This document shows positions 38,413 through 51,874 of a stretch of 64,000 nucleotides of DNA, one piece after another. The stretch comes from a virus, in the IMG/VR virus record IMGVR_UViG_3300045988_125590, positions 1-64,000 of that record; one strand, given 5' to 3'. The notes under the pieces were generated by a model. The model was not told where the DNA came from, ran no database searches, and saw nothing but the letters and a program-made list of their open reading frames with translations. Made by a program: the position numbers and the translations under genes. Each line of letters opens with the position of its first letter. The first letter of the stretch is position 1.

Positions 38413-40773
38413 ACAACTATGGAAGAAATTAAAAGGAAGAGAGGGAGACCTAAGAAGGTTAAACTTCCAGAGGAAATAAAAACCCTAGTACAGGAAGTCT
38501 AGTAGGAAAAGAAGACTGAACCTACTAAAATATAGGAACCTATACCAGAATCAATAAAATCTTCAGAATGGGATGTTCCAAAGGAAGAGTATATAAAATT
38601 CTTTGATAAAAGACTTTCTTATGAGCTAACAGGTTACAAGCCAATTACAGAAACTTAGGGATTGGACTTTGATCCAAGTTGGTTTACGGTGGCAAGAGAT
38701 ACCTATATAAGAACTGGAAAATATTGCAGCTATCGAATATATAGCAAACCTTATAATGACTTCTGGCATGAGGAATATCGTAGGTGTCGTGAAGGATATA
38801 CAGTAAATGGATATACACTAACTGGTCCGAATTACTATTATCTTAATTATTATCAACTTCCTAATATTGATGTAGAAATAGCTGGTAGTGGACGTAGTTA
38901 GATATTTCCTAAATTTTTGGTATTTCAATATGAGTTCTTCCACTACTTTGAAATATGTAGAAGGGAGAAGAAGGATGTATGTCTTATGAAGTCCCGTGGT
39001 ATTGGTTTCTCTGAAATAAATGCAGCTATTTGCGCCTGTATTTATAATTGCTTTAGAAACAGTAAGTGTATGATTACTACAAGTTTGTCTAATTACTTAG
39101 AGAAATCTCTTGATAAGGTATGGAATGCACTTAGTTTTGCAAATGAACATACTTAGGGAGGTCTTGCTAAACTTAGATAGGCTAAGGATACATAGTTCTT
39201 AAAAAGAGCTTCTACTTTAGTAAAAGACTCAAACGGTATACCATCTGAGACAGGTTGGATGTCTTAGATTGAAGGTGTTGTAGCGGAAACTGATGCTAAA
39301 ATTAGAGGTGACCGTATTGATTTACTAGTATATGAAGAAGCCGGTTCTAACTCCGTTTTAAGAAAATCTTACATTAAAGGAAAGGCTTTGATATACATTG
39401 GAGGTACAAAGTTTGGAATTAGGCTGGCTGGAGGAACTGGTGGTGATAAAGGTGCTGCCTTACAAGGACTTAGAGATATATACTATGATCCAAATGGATT
39501 TGATGTACTTCCATTTTATCATAACTATACAGAAGGAGGTGAGTGGGTATATACAGGATATTTCATTCCATCTTATATAGGAGCCATTACAGAATATGGA
39601 ACTGATATTAATGGAGTAAGAAGATAGTTACTTGATAAGAGAGGTTACTGTTTATGGAAAAACTATAAAGAATAGTTGGATTTAGATAGGGCTAATCTAT
39701 CCTCAAACCCTAGAGCCTTGATTGACCACTCTGCTGAGTACTGTTATACAGCTGAAGAAGCTTTTGCTTTGGAGGGTGATAACAAATTCAATAAGGTAAA
39801 TATTGCTGAGCAACTTACAAATATCAGGGCTCTAAAGAAATGTCCTCCAATCGAAAGAGGTTATATTGAATATAAATTCAAAGAAGGGGCTCATATTCAG
39901 TAGAATATAGATGGCTTTAAGTGGATTCCAAATTAGAATAGTAAACTTTAGATACTGGAACATCCAATTTGGACTTTGCCTCCAGTTGAGGATGAAAATG
40001 GAAAAGTAATCTGGAAGCCACCTACTGAAAAGGTTAGAAACCTGTATGTAATAGGAATAGATGGTATCGATATTGGTGCAGCGCAAACATCAGAAGCTAC
40101 TAAGGATCCATCTGATTTCTGTCTTGTTGTTTACAAGAGAGCTTATGGTATAGAAGAACCAAAATTCGTAGCACTTTATAAGGATAGACCTAACGATGTT
40201 AGAGAGTGCTATAAGATAGCTATTAAACTAGCATAGTATTATAATGCTACAATAAATATAGAAGCAACCAGATAGAGTATAATTCCATATGCACGAGAAA
40301 GGAAACTTCTTAATCTCTTTATGAAAAGACCTAGAGCTACACTTGCAGACTCTGCTAGAAATACAAATAAGCAATATGGAACTCCTGCAACTCCTGCTAT
40401 TATAGACCATCAGACTGACTTAATAGCAGACTATATAACTGACTATTGTCATCTTATATGGTTTGATGAAATGCTTGATGAATTTAATAGGTATACTGAT
40501 GAAAATAAGAAGAAATTTGATATTGTTGCAGCGGTGGCAATGGCTCTATTAGCAGACGAAGAATTGCAAGGAATTGTACCTAAAGTTGTAGAAGAGGTTA
40601 AAGATACCTGGTAGGATATAGGATTTTATACAGACGAGTATGGAAGAAGACGCTATGGAACACTTCCAAAAAATACTCCATAGATACGGTTTAATAATAA
40701 TTTTGGATAGTTATATGACGACTTAGGACCTAGAACAAGTAATACAAGACTATATTCTGGATATTTATCATAA
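38413..40773 (+). CDS. terL: Terminase large subunit (TerL), TAG-recoded; true start uncertain (first canonical in-frame start TTG at 38662)
   Basis: One frame open from 38413 to TAA 40771 with ~9 in-frame TAGs. Motifs: KSRGIGFSE (P-loop-like), DLLVYEEAGS (Walker B), VIGIDGIDIGAAQTSEATKDPSDFCLVVY and IIDHQTDL (RNaseH-like nuclease). Confidence 0.6.
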
Positions 40774-41009
40774 GAAGTATATAGGAAAAATAGTCATTGA
40801 GAAATTAAACCCAATAGGATATTATATTAAGTTGGGTATGGATCATCCGTATTAGCCTATAATTATATATGCAGAGTTAGAGGATGATAAGTTTCTTAAG
40901 TTTCTCAAGTAGGAACTTAAAGATAGGCGCTTTAACCTAGTATATTATGGTAAACTATAGTTAACTTACCCATATGATTGTAATCCAATAAATACAGCAT
41001 GTAGTTGTC

Positions 41010-43187
41010 ATGACAAAGGATGAATTGATAGAGAAAACAGACAAAGCAATATCTGAACTAGTCTACCCTAAATATGATTTATAGAAAGCATATAACTACT
41101 ATAATGGTGTAAGAGATTCAGACTAGTTCAGATACTTAGAGGAGGTATACGGAGCTAATGCACCAACTACATTACACTTTACCCCTTTAATAAAGAAGCA
41201 TATTGATGCTCTTATAGGAGAATATTTGGGAACCCCTATAATTCCAAAGATATTCTGTAAGGACAGTTAGACAATAACTAATATAGATAGAGAAAAACAA
41301 TTAAAGATTGCCTCAGAACTTCATGAATATTTAAAAAATCATCTTAGAAATTCAGTTCTAAATTTTATAGATGGAAAGAATATTAATGATGGTCTCATTG
41401 AATAGCAATTGAAAAGAATAGTGGAAGATATAAATAATACGTTCGTATCGGAGTATGAGATTGCTGCCTAGAATGTAGTAGAATATATTATGCAATCTAG
41501 GGATACTGATATGATTACAGTATTGAGAGATCTTCTTCTAGACCTTTTAATTACTGGATACGCTTTCTATAGAGTCCTTCCTACGGTGGAAAATAATAGT
41601 ATTAGAATATAGGCTTTAAGCCCTCTAAACACATTCATTGATAGAAATTTTGAATCTCCATATATTAAAAACTCCTATAGAGTTGTAGTAAGAAGTTGGA
41701 TGACTAAGAATCAAATCTTAAATGAGTATGGTAAGGAAATGAAAGCCTCAGATAGGAAACTCTTAGATGAGAAGTGGGATTCAGTCTATGAGAATGCTAT
41801 GTATTACGTTAGAATGGGTGAAACTAATGGCATACCAAATACTGATGGAGTTTAGGCAGGTGTAGAAGTTACCCCAGGATATCCAGATAGTAGGTCTGGA
41901 ATAACCCATGAGCTTATTCCTGTTTATGAAGTTGAGTGGCTAGAAACCGATAAAGACTTTGTAATGTAGAGATATAAGACTGTTAGGATTGGGGAACAAA
42001 TATATATACTTAGAGGAAAAGATGAAAAGGTTATGAGAACTAAATCAAACCCTTCTTATTGTAGTCTTTCTATTAATGGTATATATTTCTTAAATAGAGG
42101 TACAAAGCCTTACTCAATGGTTCTAGCTTGTGCTCACCTATAGGACTAGTATGACCTTCTGAATTTCTACAGAGATAATCTTATTGCAAATAGTGGAACG
42201 GTTGGAGACTGGATTGACTTAACGTTAATCCCTGCTGAATTGGGAGTAAATCTTCCAGAAAGACTTATAAAATGGTAGGCTTTAAAGAAGCAGGGACTTG
42301 GTGTACTTGATTCCTCACAGGAAGGAAGACTAGCTTCCGGATAGGCTCCATTGAATACTATTTTTAATGGATTTGATAATACTGTTAAAACGTAGGCTGT
42401 TCAAGCTATACAGGTAGCAATAGATGCTATAGAGTAGACTACATCATCTATTACTGGAGTATTTAGGGAAAGATTGAATGGTATTGAGTAGAGAGATGCT
42501 GTTACTAATGTTAAAATTGGATAGAACAATTCATTTATTATAACTAAACAGTATTACCATCAAATGGATTTAATAGTAAATGAAATGTTACTAGACTGTT
42601 TAAACCTTGCTAAGGTTGTATTCAAAAATGGTCTAACTGGAACTATAATATTAGGAGATAAATACCAAAGAATATTTACTGCTCTTCCAGAGTATTTTAC
42701 AATGACTGATCATGATATTAGGATCATTACTAGTACAGATATTGTAAAGGATTTAGAGTAGATAAAGAATATTATTCCAGAATTTGTTAAATCTGGAGGA
42801 CTACCTCCTGATATCATTATTGAGGCAGTAACAAGTAAAAGCTTGCCTGATCTTAAGTATAAAGTTAGAAAAGCTATGCAAATTTAGAAAGATGAAAACA
42901 ACCAAATTCAGTAGTTAACTTAGTAGGTCTAGTAGTTATAGGAGCAGTTAAAGCAAGCTTCTACAGAGTTAAAGAAGTCTCAAGGTGAGATTGAATCTCT
43001 TAATAAAGCTAAGATAAGCCTTGAACAGAAAGAAATAGAAATGAAATACAAACTTGAATGGTACAAGGCCGATACTGATAGAACTTATAAGGAGGCTACT
43101 GCCGAAGAGTAGAAGAGACGTACTGAAGCAGAAATAGCATAGCTATCAGATGGAAACCCTTACAATGATAAAATTAGACAAAACTGA
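41010..43187 (+). CDS. Putative portal protein, TAG-recoded, C-terminal coiled coil rich in TAG-encoded Gln
   Basis: ~725-codon frame from ATG 41010 to TGA 43185, open apart from TAGs. Size and position (directly after TerL) fit a portal; no specific motif verified. Confidence 0.4.
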
Positions 43188-43190
43188 TTA

Positions 43191-43937
43191 ATGGAACTAA
43201 AAATTAAAATAATTACTTGCAATGCCTGTGATAATTGTAAGGTCACTGTACAAGACAATAGTACTTATTTATCAGAGGACAATGTAGGGACTGTAAAGGG
43301 AAAATTCAAATTCTCTGATACTGTCTCTATAGATATACTTTAGCTAAATAAATCATAGGAGGCAATATATTTAGATCCTACGTTTACTGATCATTCCTTT
43401 CTAGATAATTCTACTCTACAGGTATCCTCAGACGGGTGGTATAGTTTAGTTCATATTGTACTGCCGTCTAAGGAATGGTTTGAAAGAGAGTTAAATAAAC
43501 AAGAAGGTTCAGCACTTGGATTATATAATCTAGTATATTTTGCAAGCAATAATAAAGTATACAAGTATATAAACGGGAATACTTCCTAGGTTGATTTATC
43601 TGAAATACTGGAAGTAAATCCTGTAAATACAACAATTTCAAGAACATCAGAAGACTTTATATCTATTTGTTTTTTACGAAAATGTTATATAAATTTGTGC
43701 AAGCAAATTCTAAACGATAGAGGATTCTCTTCTTGTTGGAATAAAAATAAGATAGATAGTGAATTAATATATAAAAGAGATCTAGTCTGGATGGCGATTA
43801 ATGTTATAAAATATCTCACAGAGTGTGAACAACTTGCAGAAGTTGAAAGGCTAGTTGAGATAATTAATGGATGTAACGGCTTATGCTCTCAGTCTAACTC
43901 TTATTAGAATAGTAATGGATGTGGATGCTCTAAGTGA
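43191..43937 (+). CDS. Cys-rich hypothetical protein, TAG-recoded
   Basis: MELKIKIITCNACDNCKV... ~248 codons. Confidence 0.3.
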
Positions 43938-44111
43938 TTTAAAGAAAAAGGTATCCGAAGAATTTTTCCAGCTCATGTGTAGAGTTAGAAGGGGATACAA
44001 ACCAAACTATGAATTTATATTAGAAGAGATTTCTTTTATAGACTTAATAAAGAATAGGGAAATAGATGATAAATTATCTTTAACTGCATTATAGTACTAT
44101 TTAAATAACAA

Positions 44112-45641
44112 ATGGCAGATAATTCAATCTTAACTCCGGGATGCTAGGATACTGTAGATGTTCCTACAACTGCTGATGAGTCTGTTCAGTATTTGGAAAA
44201 GGATAATTTTCTTTCTGAATATGAGAATGAATCAGAGAAGTCAGTAGTAAGAGAAAATCTAAATGTGTATCCAAAGAATGCAGTATATACTAAGGATGAG
44301 ACAGATACTAACATTGCTACAACAGTAACAACTGCTGTTAATAAGCATCTTAGTGTTGAAGACCCTCATGGAACCTTGGATACTGTAAGAGAGATGATTG
44401 CAGACATGGCTAAAACAGATGGAAGTACTCCATTTACATCTCCTCAATCTGGAGTTGAGCCTATTTCTGATAGTCATTTAACAACAAAGAAATTTGTAAC
44501 TAGATTACTAAATGAACATACTAGATTAGTTGGACCTGATGATCCTCACCAAATATTGCCAGAAGTAAGAACTATCCTAGAGAAATACGTTAAGTCTTCT
44601 GACATATTTACTAAATCACAGCTCTATACAAAACAGGATGTAGATAACCTATTAAAGACTTTCTTAAAGAAAGATGGAAGTACTCCATTTACTATTGCTC
44701 AAATAGGAGTTGATCCAACTATAGATAGTCATCTAGCTACTAAGCGTTACGTAGATAAAACCCTTTATGCTCACTTAGTAGATGTGGATCCTCACGGATT
44801 TCTAACTATTTTAAATCAAAGGTTAGCTTCTTATGCTAAGATAGCTAATGTGTATGATAAGACTCAAACATACTCTAGAAGTCAAATTGATGCATTTATT
44901 AACAAGTGGGTCTAGGAAGCTGTAGCTGGGGCTATTGCAGAGTATATGGAAACAGTAGACGATAGATTTGAAACTATTCGTCAAGAAAAATATGTTAAAC
45001 AGGACGGATCAGTTCCATTTAAGGCTCCTCAGAAAGGTGTTGACGCTATTGATCCCCAAGATTTAGTAACTCTATACTAGGTTGAGGAAAAAGTAGAAAA
45101 CTTATAGGAGTAGATTACTAATAATGAACCTATATGGAAGACTTCTGGTCCTGTAGAATCTACCGTAGGACATATTGACGATAACACTCCAGTTCCAGCA
45201 ACAATGAGTTTGCAAGAAGTATTGGATGCTATATTCTATGGTAAAGGAATTTCAATTTCAGCTCCAGACTATGTAACTATCAATAATAAGGTTCCGGTTA
45301 CACTATGTGTTCATGGTTCTACTGGACTCATTGATGTAGCAGAATTATACCAAGATGGTGAGTTAACAATTTCTTTTGTTAAAGAAGATTTTGAAAATGG
45401 ATGTGTGACTACTGATAGCTTGCCTATTATAGAAGACACAGAATTTACCTTTAAGGTAACTTACACTAATGGGGCTGTGCATGAAGAATCTACTACTGTA
45501 AAGGTAGCTCTTCCAATTTTTGTTGGCCTTCTTCCAAAATGGAAATTTGGAAATGTGATTACGTGGAATTATTTAGAGGAACTAGCCTCAGAAGAACCTA
45601 ATAACAATCAATTTATAAGTAGTAGTAACAACTTAAACTAG
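44112..45641 (+). CDS. Structural (fibre-like) protein with a thrice-repeated ~28-aa motif
   Basis: Repeats TDGSTPFTSPQSGVEPISDSHLTTKKFV / KDGSTPFTIAQIGVDPTIDSHLATKRYV / QDGSVPFKAPQKGVDAIDPQDLVTLYQV; two in-frame TAGs. Confidence 0.45.
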
Positions 45642-45889
45642 ATCTCTATAAATTATGGTTTTTAGGATGCAAAATTAAGACATCCCTTTGTTGTAGTCCC
45701 TGTGTCCTATCCAGACCTAGACAATATGTCTACAACTCCACAGAAATTTGGGATAGATGCTTTTGATGTAATTGATATGATTCCTTTGAAAGTGCCTGGA
45801 GTCGAGAAAGACATAATTTTTAAGATTTACATATACAGATAGGCACTGTCTAGCCTAAACTAGGAAGTAACTTTTAATTTTGCATAAAA

Positions 45890-47356
45890 ATGAGTCAATA
45901 TAGTGAAATGATGGGTAGTTTCATCAGAACAGGTGACTATCCAATGGAGGCCAACTACATATTTAGTAGTGAAGAGGAATTAAAAGCATTCTATGCTGAT
46001 GAGCTTAATAATACTACTCTACATAAGGGATTACTTAAGATAGTATCGTCTGGAGATTCTTAGACTTTATACTGGGTTATTGAAGTTGGAGGAGAATTAC
46101 AGTTCAAACCTCTTATACAAGAAGGATCTATTGATAAACTATTTGATAGGTTAGCTCAGATAAGAAACGATCTCAATTAGGAAATTTCTGACAGAAAGAA
46201 TAGTATTCTTGAAATTGTCGGAACTGATGACATGTCAGAGTTTCATAATCAACTAGACAACTTACTTGCGATTTCAAATGCTGTAGTAGATTTACAGAAA
46301 TAGTCTGCCGAACATTCTAATATCTTGTCAGCTATAGTAGGAACGGAGGAAGAGAATGTTTTGGAATACTTAAAATCTTTAGATTATAATAATCTATCAG
46401 ATATTTCCAACTTGCTTCACAAGTTTTTTGATACGGTCGATGACTCAGACTCATAGATAAATACTCTTCCAGAATTGCAAAAATTCTTAAGAGGTTTTGA
46501 TTATACTCATAACCTGTATCAACATTTAAGAGACTTGTGGAATGAAATTCAAGGAACACCTACTCCGAGTACTACTTTTAGAACGCTAAGAGGTGTATAG
46601 GATTTTGTGGAGACTCTTGCCTCAGTTTCTAATAATAGAGATAATAATTTCTAGACAGAGCTAGACTAGACCTAGGTGGGAGTGGGACTAAGTGGAGATG
46701 GATCATTTAGTCCTGACTAGGAAACTAACTATCTGAAAAGTGCTACATCAGTGATGAATGCACTGAAGACTTTAGATGGACTTATTGCATAGGCTTTAAG
46801 AACTTCTAAATTAATTCCTACAGAAACCAATACAGTCTCCATTACAGTTGATGAAGACGTTAAAAGTTCAGATATCTCGGCTAATGTAAAAGTTTCCAAC
46901 GGAAGTGATATTATCGTTAATAATGATGGTTTATATACTAAACTGTCTACAGAATATGAGAATGGCATCTTAACGATTAAAGTCAATGGAAATATTAGAT
47001 CACAGCATGCCTTAGCTATTTCCTCTATTATAGACAATGCTTACTACGATCAGGATACTGAGTCTTTAGTTTTTAATTTTAAAAATTCTTAGGAAGTAAT
47101 TATTCCAATAGATAATCTTATAGAGGAATGGGTTGTAGACAATCCAGATGATAAAGTAGTAGAACTTTCTAGAGAAAGAGTAGTATCAGGAACAGATAAA
47201 TTATCTGCAGATGTAAGACTGGATTCTTCGAACTATAATATTCTAAAGAAAACTGGAAATTCTTTAAGCGTAGACGGAAGATCCTCCAGTATAACACATG
47301 ATGGACACCCTCTTAGTGAAGTTTTAAAAGACATAACTGAATGGTATGAAGGATAA
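45890..47356 (+). CDS. Hypothetical structural protein, TAG-recoded
   Basis: ~488 codons open except ~15 TAGs. Confidence 0.35.
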
Positions 47357-48209
47357 AAGAAAACCAGGATAGAGTCAGCTTGATTATTTATGGGTAAACT
47401 ATGGAGAATTTTCTGTATCTACTGAACCATCAGATGATACAGATGCGATTCTCACCTAGGGGGCTATAAATTCTATACTACAGAACTTCAGTGGAATCTC
47501 CTCTGTGGAAGTTGTCGAATAGGAAGGAAATAAGGTTTTAAAAGTAGTAACTTCCGACGGTAAAATATCAACATATCCTTTTCCTTCTAGTATTACAATA
47601 CAGAGCTTTACAAAAAGATAGATAACTCAAGCTGACAGAAATAAAGGGTGTGAATTACCATTGGGTACTTGGGTATATTCAATTCTATTATCAGACGGTA
47701 ATGAATATCTAGCTCCTATAGATAAATATATAGGAAAAAGTTCAGAATCTATCATAATAGATGTAATAGAAAACTCAATATATGCTGAACTAAAGATCAG
47801 TAACCGTCCTTCTATAGTATCTTTAGGAGTATATGGAGATGGTATTTCCGCCGATTTAGATCTCTCTTCTAAAGTAGGAGGAGTAGTTTTTGAAAAGAAA
47901 GACGATGGTCTCTCGGGAGAAGTAGTTCTGCAAAACTCAGACAAAGTTATCAGGTTTAGCTTACTGACATCTGAAGAATACTCCGATTTAGTTGAAGCTG
48001 ATCTAGTGGATGATACTACTATGTATTTTATAAAAGGGTCTAAGTATTTTTATTTTGGACTGTATAAAATGGGAGGAACATCCGGAAGTGTAGAACTAGA
48101 CGATTACTATACTAAACAAGAGATCGATAGCAAATTGAGAAGTTATGCTACTAAAGATTACGTACAGACAGAATTAGATAAAGTAACTATAAACTGGATA
48201 AACGTTTAA
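47346..48209 (+). CDS. Hypothetical structural protein, TAG-recoded, overlaps previous gene by 11 nt
   Basis: ATG 47346 in frame with ORF 47661..48209. Confidence 0.35.
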
Positions 48210-48213
48210 TTTA

Positions 48214-49329
48214 ATGATTAAATTTTTCAGAGGTCTAAGAGCAAGTTACACTTATACTACAGAAAACCCTGGTAACTTGCTTGATGCTTTATTTTTTGCA
48301 ACGGATACTGGAGAACTCCTTTTAAATGGAAAACTCTATGGATCTGATGGAGAAAAAGTAAAAGATGTGGAGTTTGATCCTTCAACTAATACATTTACCT
48401 TTACAAAGGCAGATGATTCTACAGTAGTTGCAAATCTTGGAGACAAACTTCTAACAGATGCCGATAGAACCCTACTTAATAATGTCGCAGACATGTTTGA
48501 GGGAGGTTAGATGAATGTAACTTATAACTCGGGATTAGATAGCACCGTTGCTACAGTAGAAAAACTTGGAGGTATTGCTGCTGGAACAACAGTAGCTCAA
48601 CTCACAGGGTAGACTATTTCTAAAGTGCTAGACACTCTAATATTCCCAACTATTCAACCTACAATTACTGCACCATCTGCTTCTCTTTCTTTAAAATCTG
48701 GGGTATCCAACATTAAAGAAGTAGGAGATGCTGGATACACCACAAAAGATTTCACTTCTACCTTTAACCAAGGCGCTATTAAAATAGGTACCTCTACATA
48801 GGGCCCAAGAGCTGGAGCAAAATCATCTGATGTTATTTATGCTGGAAGTGAAGCAAACGGGATTCCAAATGCTATAACTGCTGGAACAACAAACTTCTAC
48901 TACAAGGTGTAGTATGCTAAGGGTCCTGTGCCACTAGATTCTAAGGGTAATCCTGCTGCATCTTATACAGCTCTTCCTGCTGGATCAGTTACTTCTTCTG
49001 CAGTAGCTACTTATGGGGTATATCCATTCTATGCTAACATAGAAAATGCAGCTCCTTCTAAGTTACCTCTTACAAAGAATCTGACGTTTACAGCAACTCT
49101 AGCTGCTGAAGGTCCTAACAAACATGTATTTAAACTTCCCCATGTTGTTACCAAGATTGAGATGTTGAATACTTTGTCAAATCAGTATGAAGTATATGCG
49201 CTTGAAAACTTTACTACTGGAACAGAAGAAATTACTGTTCAAGGAACAAATGTAAATTACAATACTTATACTAGAAACGATGCAGGATTCAATGGAGAAA
49301 CTACTTATAGAATTACTTACTCTAAATAA
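48214..49329 (+). CDS. Fibre-like protein, paralog-family member 1 (shared N-terminal motif), TAG-recoded
   Basis: N-terminus ...LLDALFFATDTGELLLNGKLYG. ORFs 48214..48510 and 48928..49329 are in the same frame, linked through TAG codons. Confidence 0.4.
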
Positions 49330-49336
49330 TTAAGTT

Positions 49337-50308
49337 ATGGCAAGAAATAGAGGAATATTTAATTTTTCGGCTAACCTAGAGGTTAAGAAGAATGCTCCGT
49401 TAGATTCTAGAGTAGTAGTAGATACCCTCATTGAATTAACAGAGACTTCTACATGGGCTGATAGTGATAATAAAGTATGGCTTTATGATGGTATTGTAGT
49501 ATCAGTACGAGAAAATCATGGGCTATACATGCTTACTAAATATGATGCAGTTACAGCCCCTACAGCATATACTGACTCTAATAATTGGGTTGCAGTAGAT
49601 GCCTCAGCCGCTAAGACAGACGTTACAGATAATCTAACCTCGACAAGTACTACGTCAGCTTTATCGGCTAATCAAGGTCGAGTTCTTAAAGAAAATATAG
49701 ATAATCTAAAAACATCTCTATCTGCAGTCTACATTTATAAAGGATCTGTAGATACTTACGATGCTCTTCCTACAGAAGTTGCAATTGGCGACACTTATAA
49801 TGTAGTAGCTGCCCATGGAAGCACACCTGCTGGAACTAACTATGCTTGGAATGGAGAAAGCTGGGATGCCCTTGGTGGATCGGTTGATTTAAGCTCATAT
49901 TACACTAAGAGTGAGGCTGATAAAGCTATTAGTGGGGCTGTTTCAAAAGTAAGCGAAGATGTTTCTACTTTAAAAGAATCTGTAGCTCAAAATACATCTG
50001 CCTTAAACGTACTTAATGGTACTGAAGAAACAGCAGGATCTCTGGCTAACACACTTAAGATCGCCAAAGACTATACCAATACGCAACTAACTGGATACGT
50101 TGCCAAGGTAGAAGGAAGTTCTTTAATTTCAGAAGAAAAACTGGCACTAATTGATACTAATGCTGCTAGTATTGCAGCATTAAAGGCTAAAGTTGAAGCA
50201 AATGAAGCTGCACTAGCCACACTAAATGGAGATGCAAGTACTTCTGGATCAGTTACAAATACAGTAAATTTAGCAATTAATTCTGCTTTAGAGTGGAATG
50301 AAATTTAA
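49337..50308 (+). CDS. Fibre-like structural protein (Ala/Ser/Thr-rich), no TAG
   Basis: 323-aa ORF. Confidence 0.45.
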   Translation: MARNRGIFNFSANLEVKKNAPLDSRVVVDTLIELTETSTWADSDNKVWLYDGIVVSVRENHGLYMLTKYDAVTAPTAYTDSNNWVAVDASAAKTDVTDNLTSTSTTSALSANQGRVLKENIDNLKTSLSAVYIYKGSVDTYDALPTEVAIGDTYNVVAAHGSTPAGTNYAWNGESWDALGGSVDLSSYYTKSEADKAISGAVSKVSEDVSTLKESVAQNTSALNVLNGTEETAGSLANTLKIAKDYTNTQLTGYVAKVEGSSLISEEKLALIDTNAASIAALKAKVEANEAALATLNGDASTSGSVTNTVNLAINSALEWNEI

Positions 50309-50325
50309 CAAAAAATATATAAAGT

Positions 50326-51753
50326 ATGAAAAAAAAAATGTTTGTTCACATTGCGAGTAAAGCATCGTTTACTGCAGACCTTTAGGCTTAGTATACAAAT
50401 TCTATAGTCTTTATTAAGGACTCTGGAGAAATCTTTACTCATGGTAAATTCTATGGTTTGAGCTCTGAGTGGCAAGAAAAAATAACCACTGCAGAAAGTG
50501 AGATAGATGCTTTACAAGAAGCTGTCAAAGCTCTTCAAGCCATTAACGCATTCACAACTATTTCTGATGGTACTAACACCGCTTCGGCAACTTCTACTGC
50601 TAAAACTATTAAGTTCAATGCTGGTGGTAAGGCTAGTGTGTCTGTAGGTGTTAATGGTGTAACAATTAGTGCTTCTGGCACGACTTTGGCAGAAGGTACT
50701 GCTAATGGTGAGACTTCTGTAGATGGAGTAAGTAAGTCTATCATCAAGGGGCTCGGCACTGCCGCTTACCGTTCAGAGGATGCTTTCTACTCAGCTACTG
50801 ATGGTGCAGCTGCAGCTGCAGCTGCTGAGGCTGCCAAGAAGGCTGCTGAGTCTAAAGTTGCTAGCGTAACTGCTACTACAGGTTCCGCAATTGAAGTCAC
50901 TGGAACAGCAACTGCTCCAACAGTTGGACTCAAATTGGATAAAGCTTCTGGCAATGTAACTCTCAGTCAAAGTGCTGCTGGTCTTAAAGCTTCTGTACAA
51001 ATACCAGCAGCTACTGTAACAGGAGTTGCTACAGGTGATAAAGTTCTCGGACTCAATGGAACTCTATTATCATCTACATTGAATCTAAAATATAACTCTA
51101 CTACTAAGAAGATTCAATTACTTGGAATTAAAAATGCAGTTATTGCCGAAGTAGATGCTTCTGACTTTATTAAAGACGGAATGGTTAATACCGTTTCTTT
51201 TGATCCTAAATCTAAAGCTCTAACTATTACTTTCAATACAGATTCAGGTAAAGAGACTATTACAGTAGATCTATCGTCATTAGTTGATACATATACAGCA
51301 GGTAATGGCATTGCTATAGATAAAAATGCTGTATCTATAAAAGTAGATCCTACTTCAGAAAAGTTCTTGTCCGTAGATACAGCTGGAGTGAAAATATCTG
51401 GAGTACAGTCTGCAATTGACGCAGCTAAGGATGCAGTAGTTGGCGAGGATACTGATACTGCTACTTCAAATACTGTGCATGGTGCAAAGGCTTATGCAGC
51501 TTCTCTAGCAAGCAATTATGCCACAGCTGCTCAAGGTAAAAAGGCTGACAGTGCTCTTCAATCAATTACTAAGGGAACAGATGGTTCTTATGTGACTACA
51601 ACTGTAGGAGCTAAGTCCAATAATTCTCAGACTATAGCTACTTCGGTAACTGTTCAGGCTATTAGCTCTGCTTCTAGTACAGCTAAAGGTCTTGCAGAAG
51701 CTAACGATGTTAAAACATACGTTGATGCCCTCTTTGCTTGGGAAGAACTTTAA
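50326..51753 (+). CDS. Fibre-like protein, paralog-family member 2; A10 homopolymer at codons 2-4
   Basis: ATG 50326 in frame with ORF 50458..51753 through two TAGs. N-terminus ...SIVFIKDSGEIFTHGKFYG; long Ala/Thr/Ser/Gly-rich C-terminal region. Confidence 0.45.
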
Positions 51754-51874
51754 TTAAAAAAAAAATTGAAATAAATTTGGAAGTTAGTAATCACTAATTT
51801 TTATTTTAACTTATATAACATTTCATAGTCTCTCTTGATGGTAAGGGAGACTATGAAATTCCAAACATTTTATT

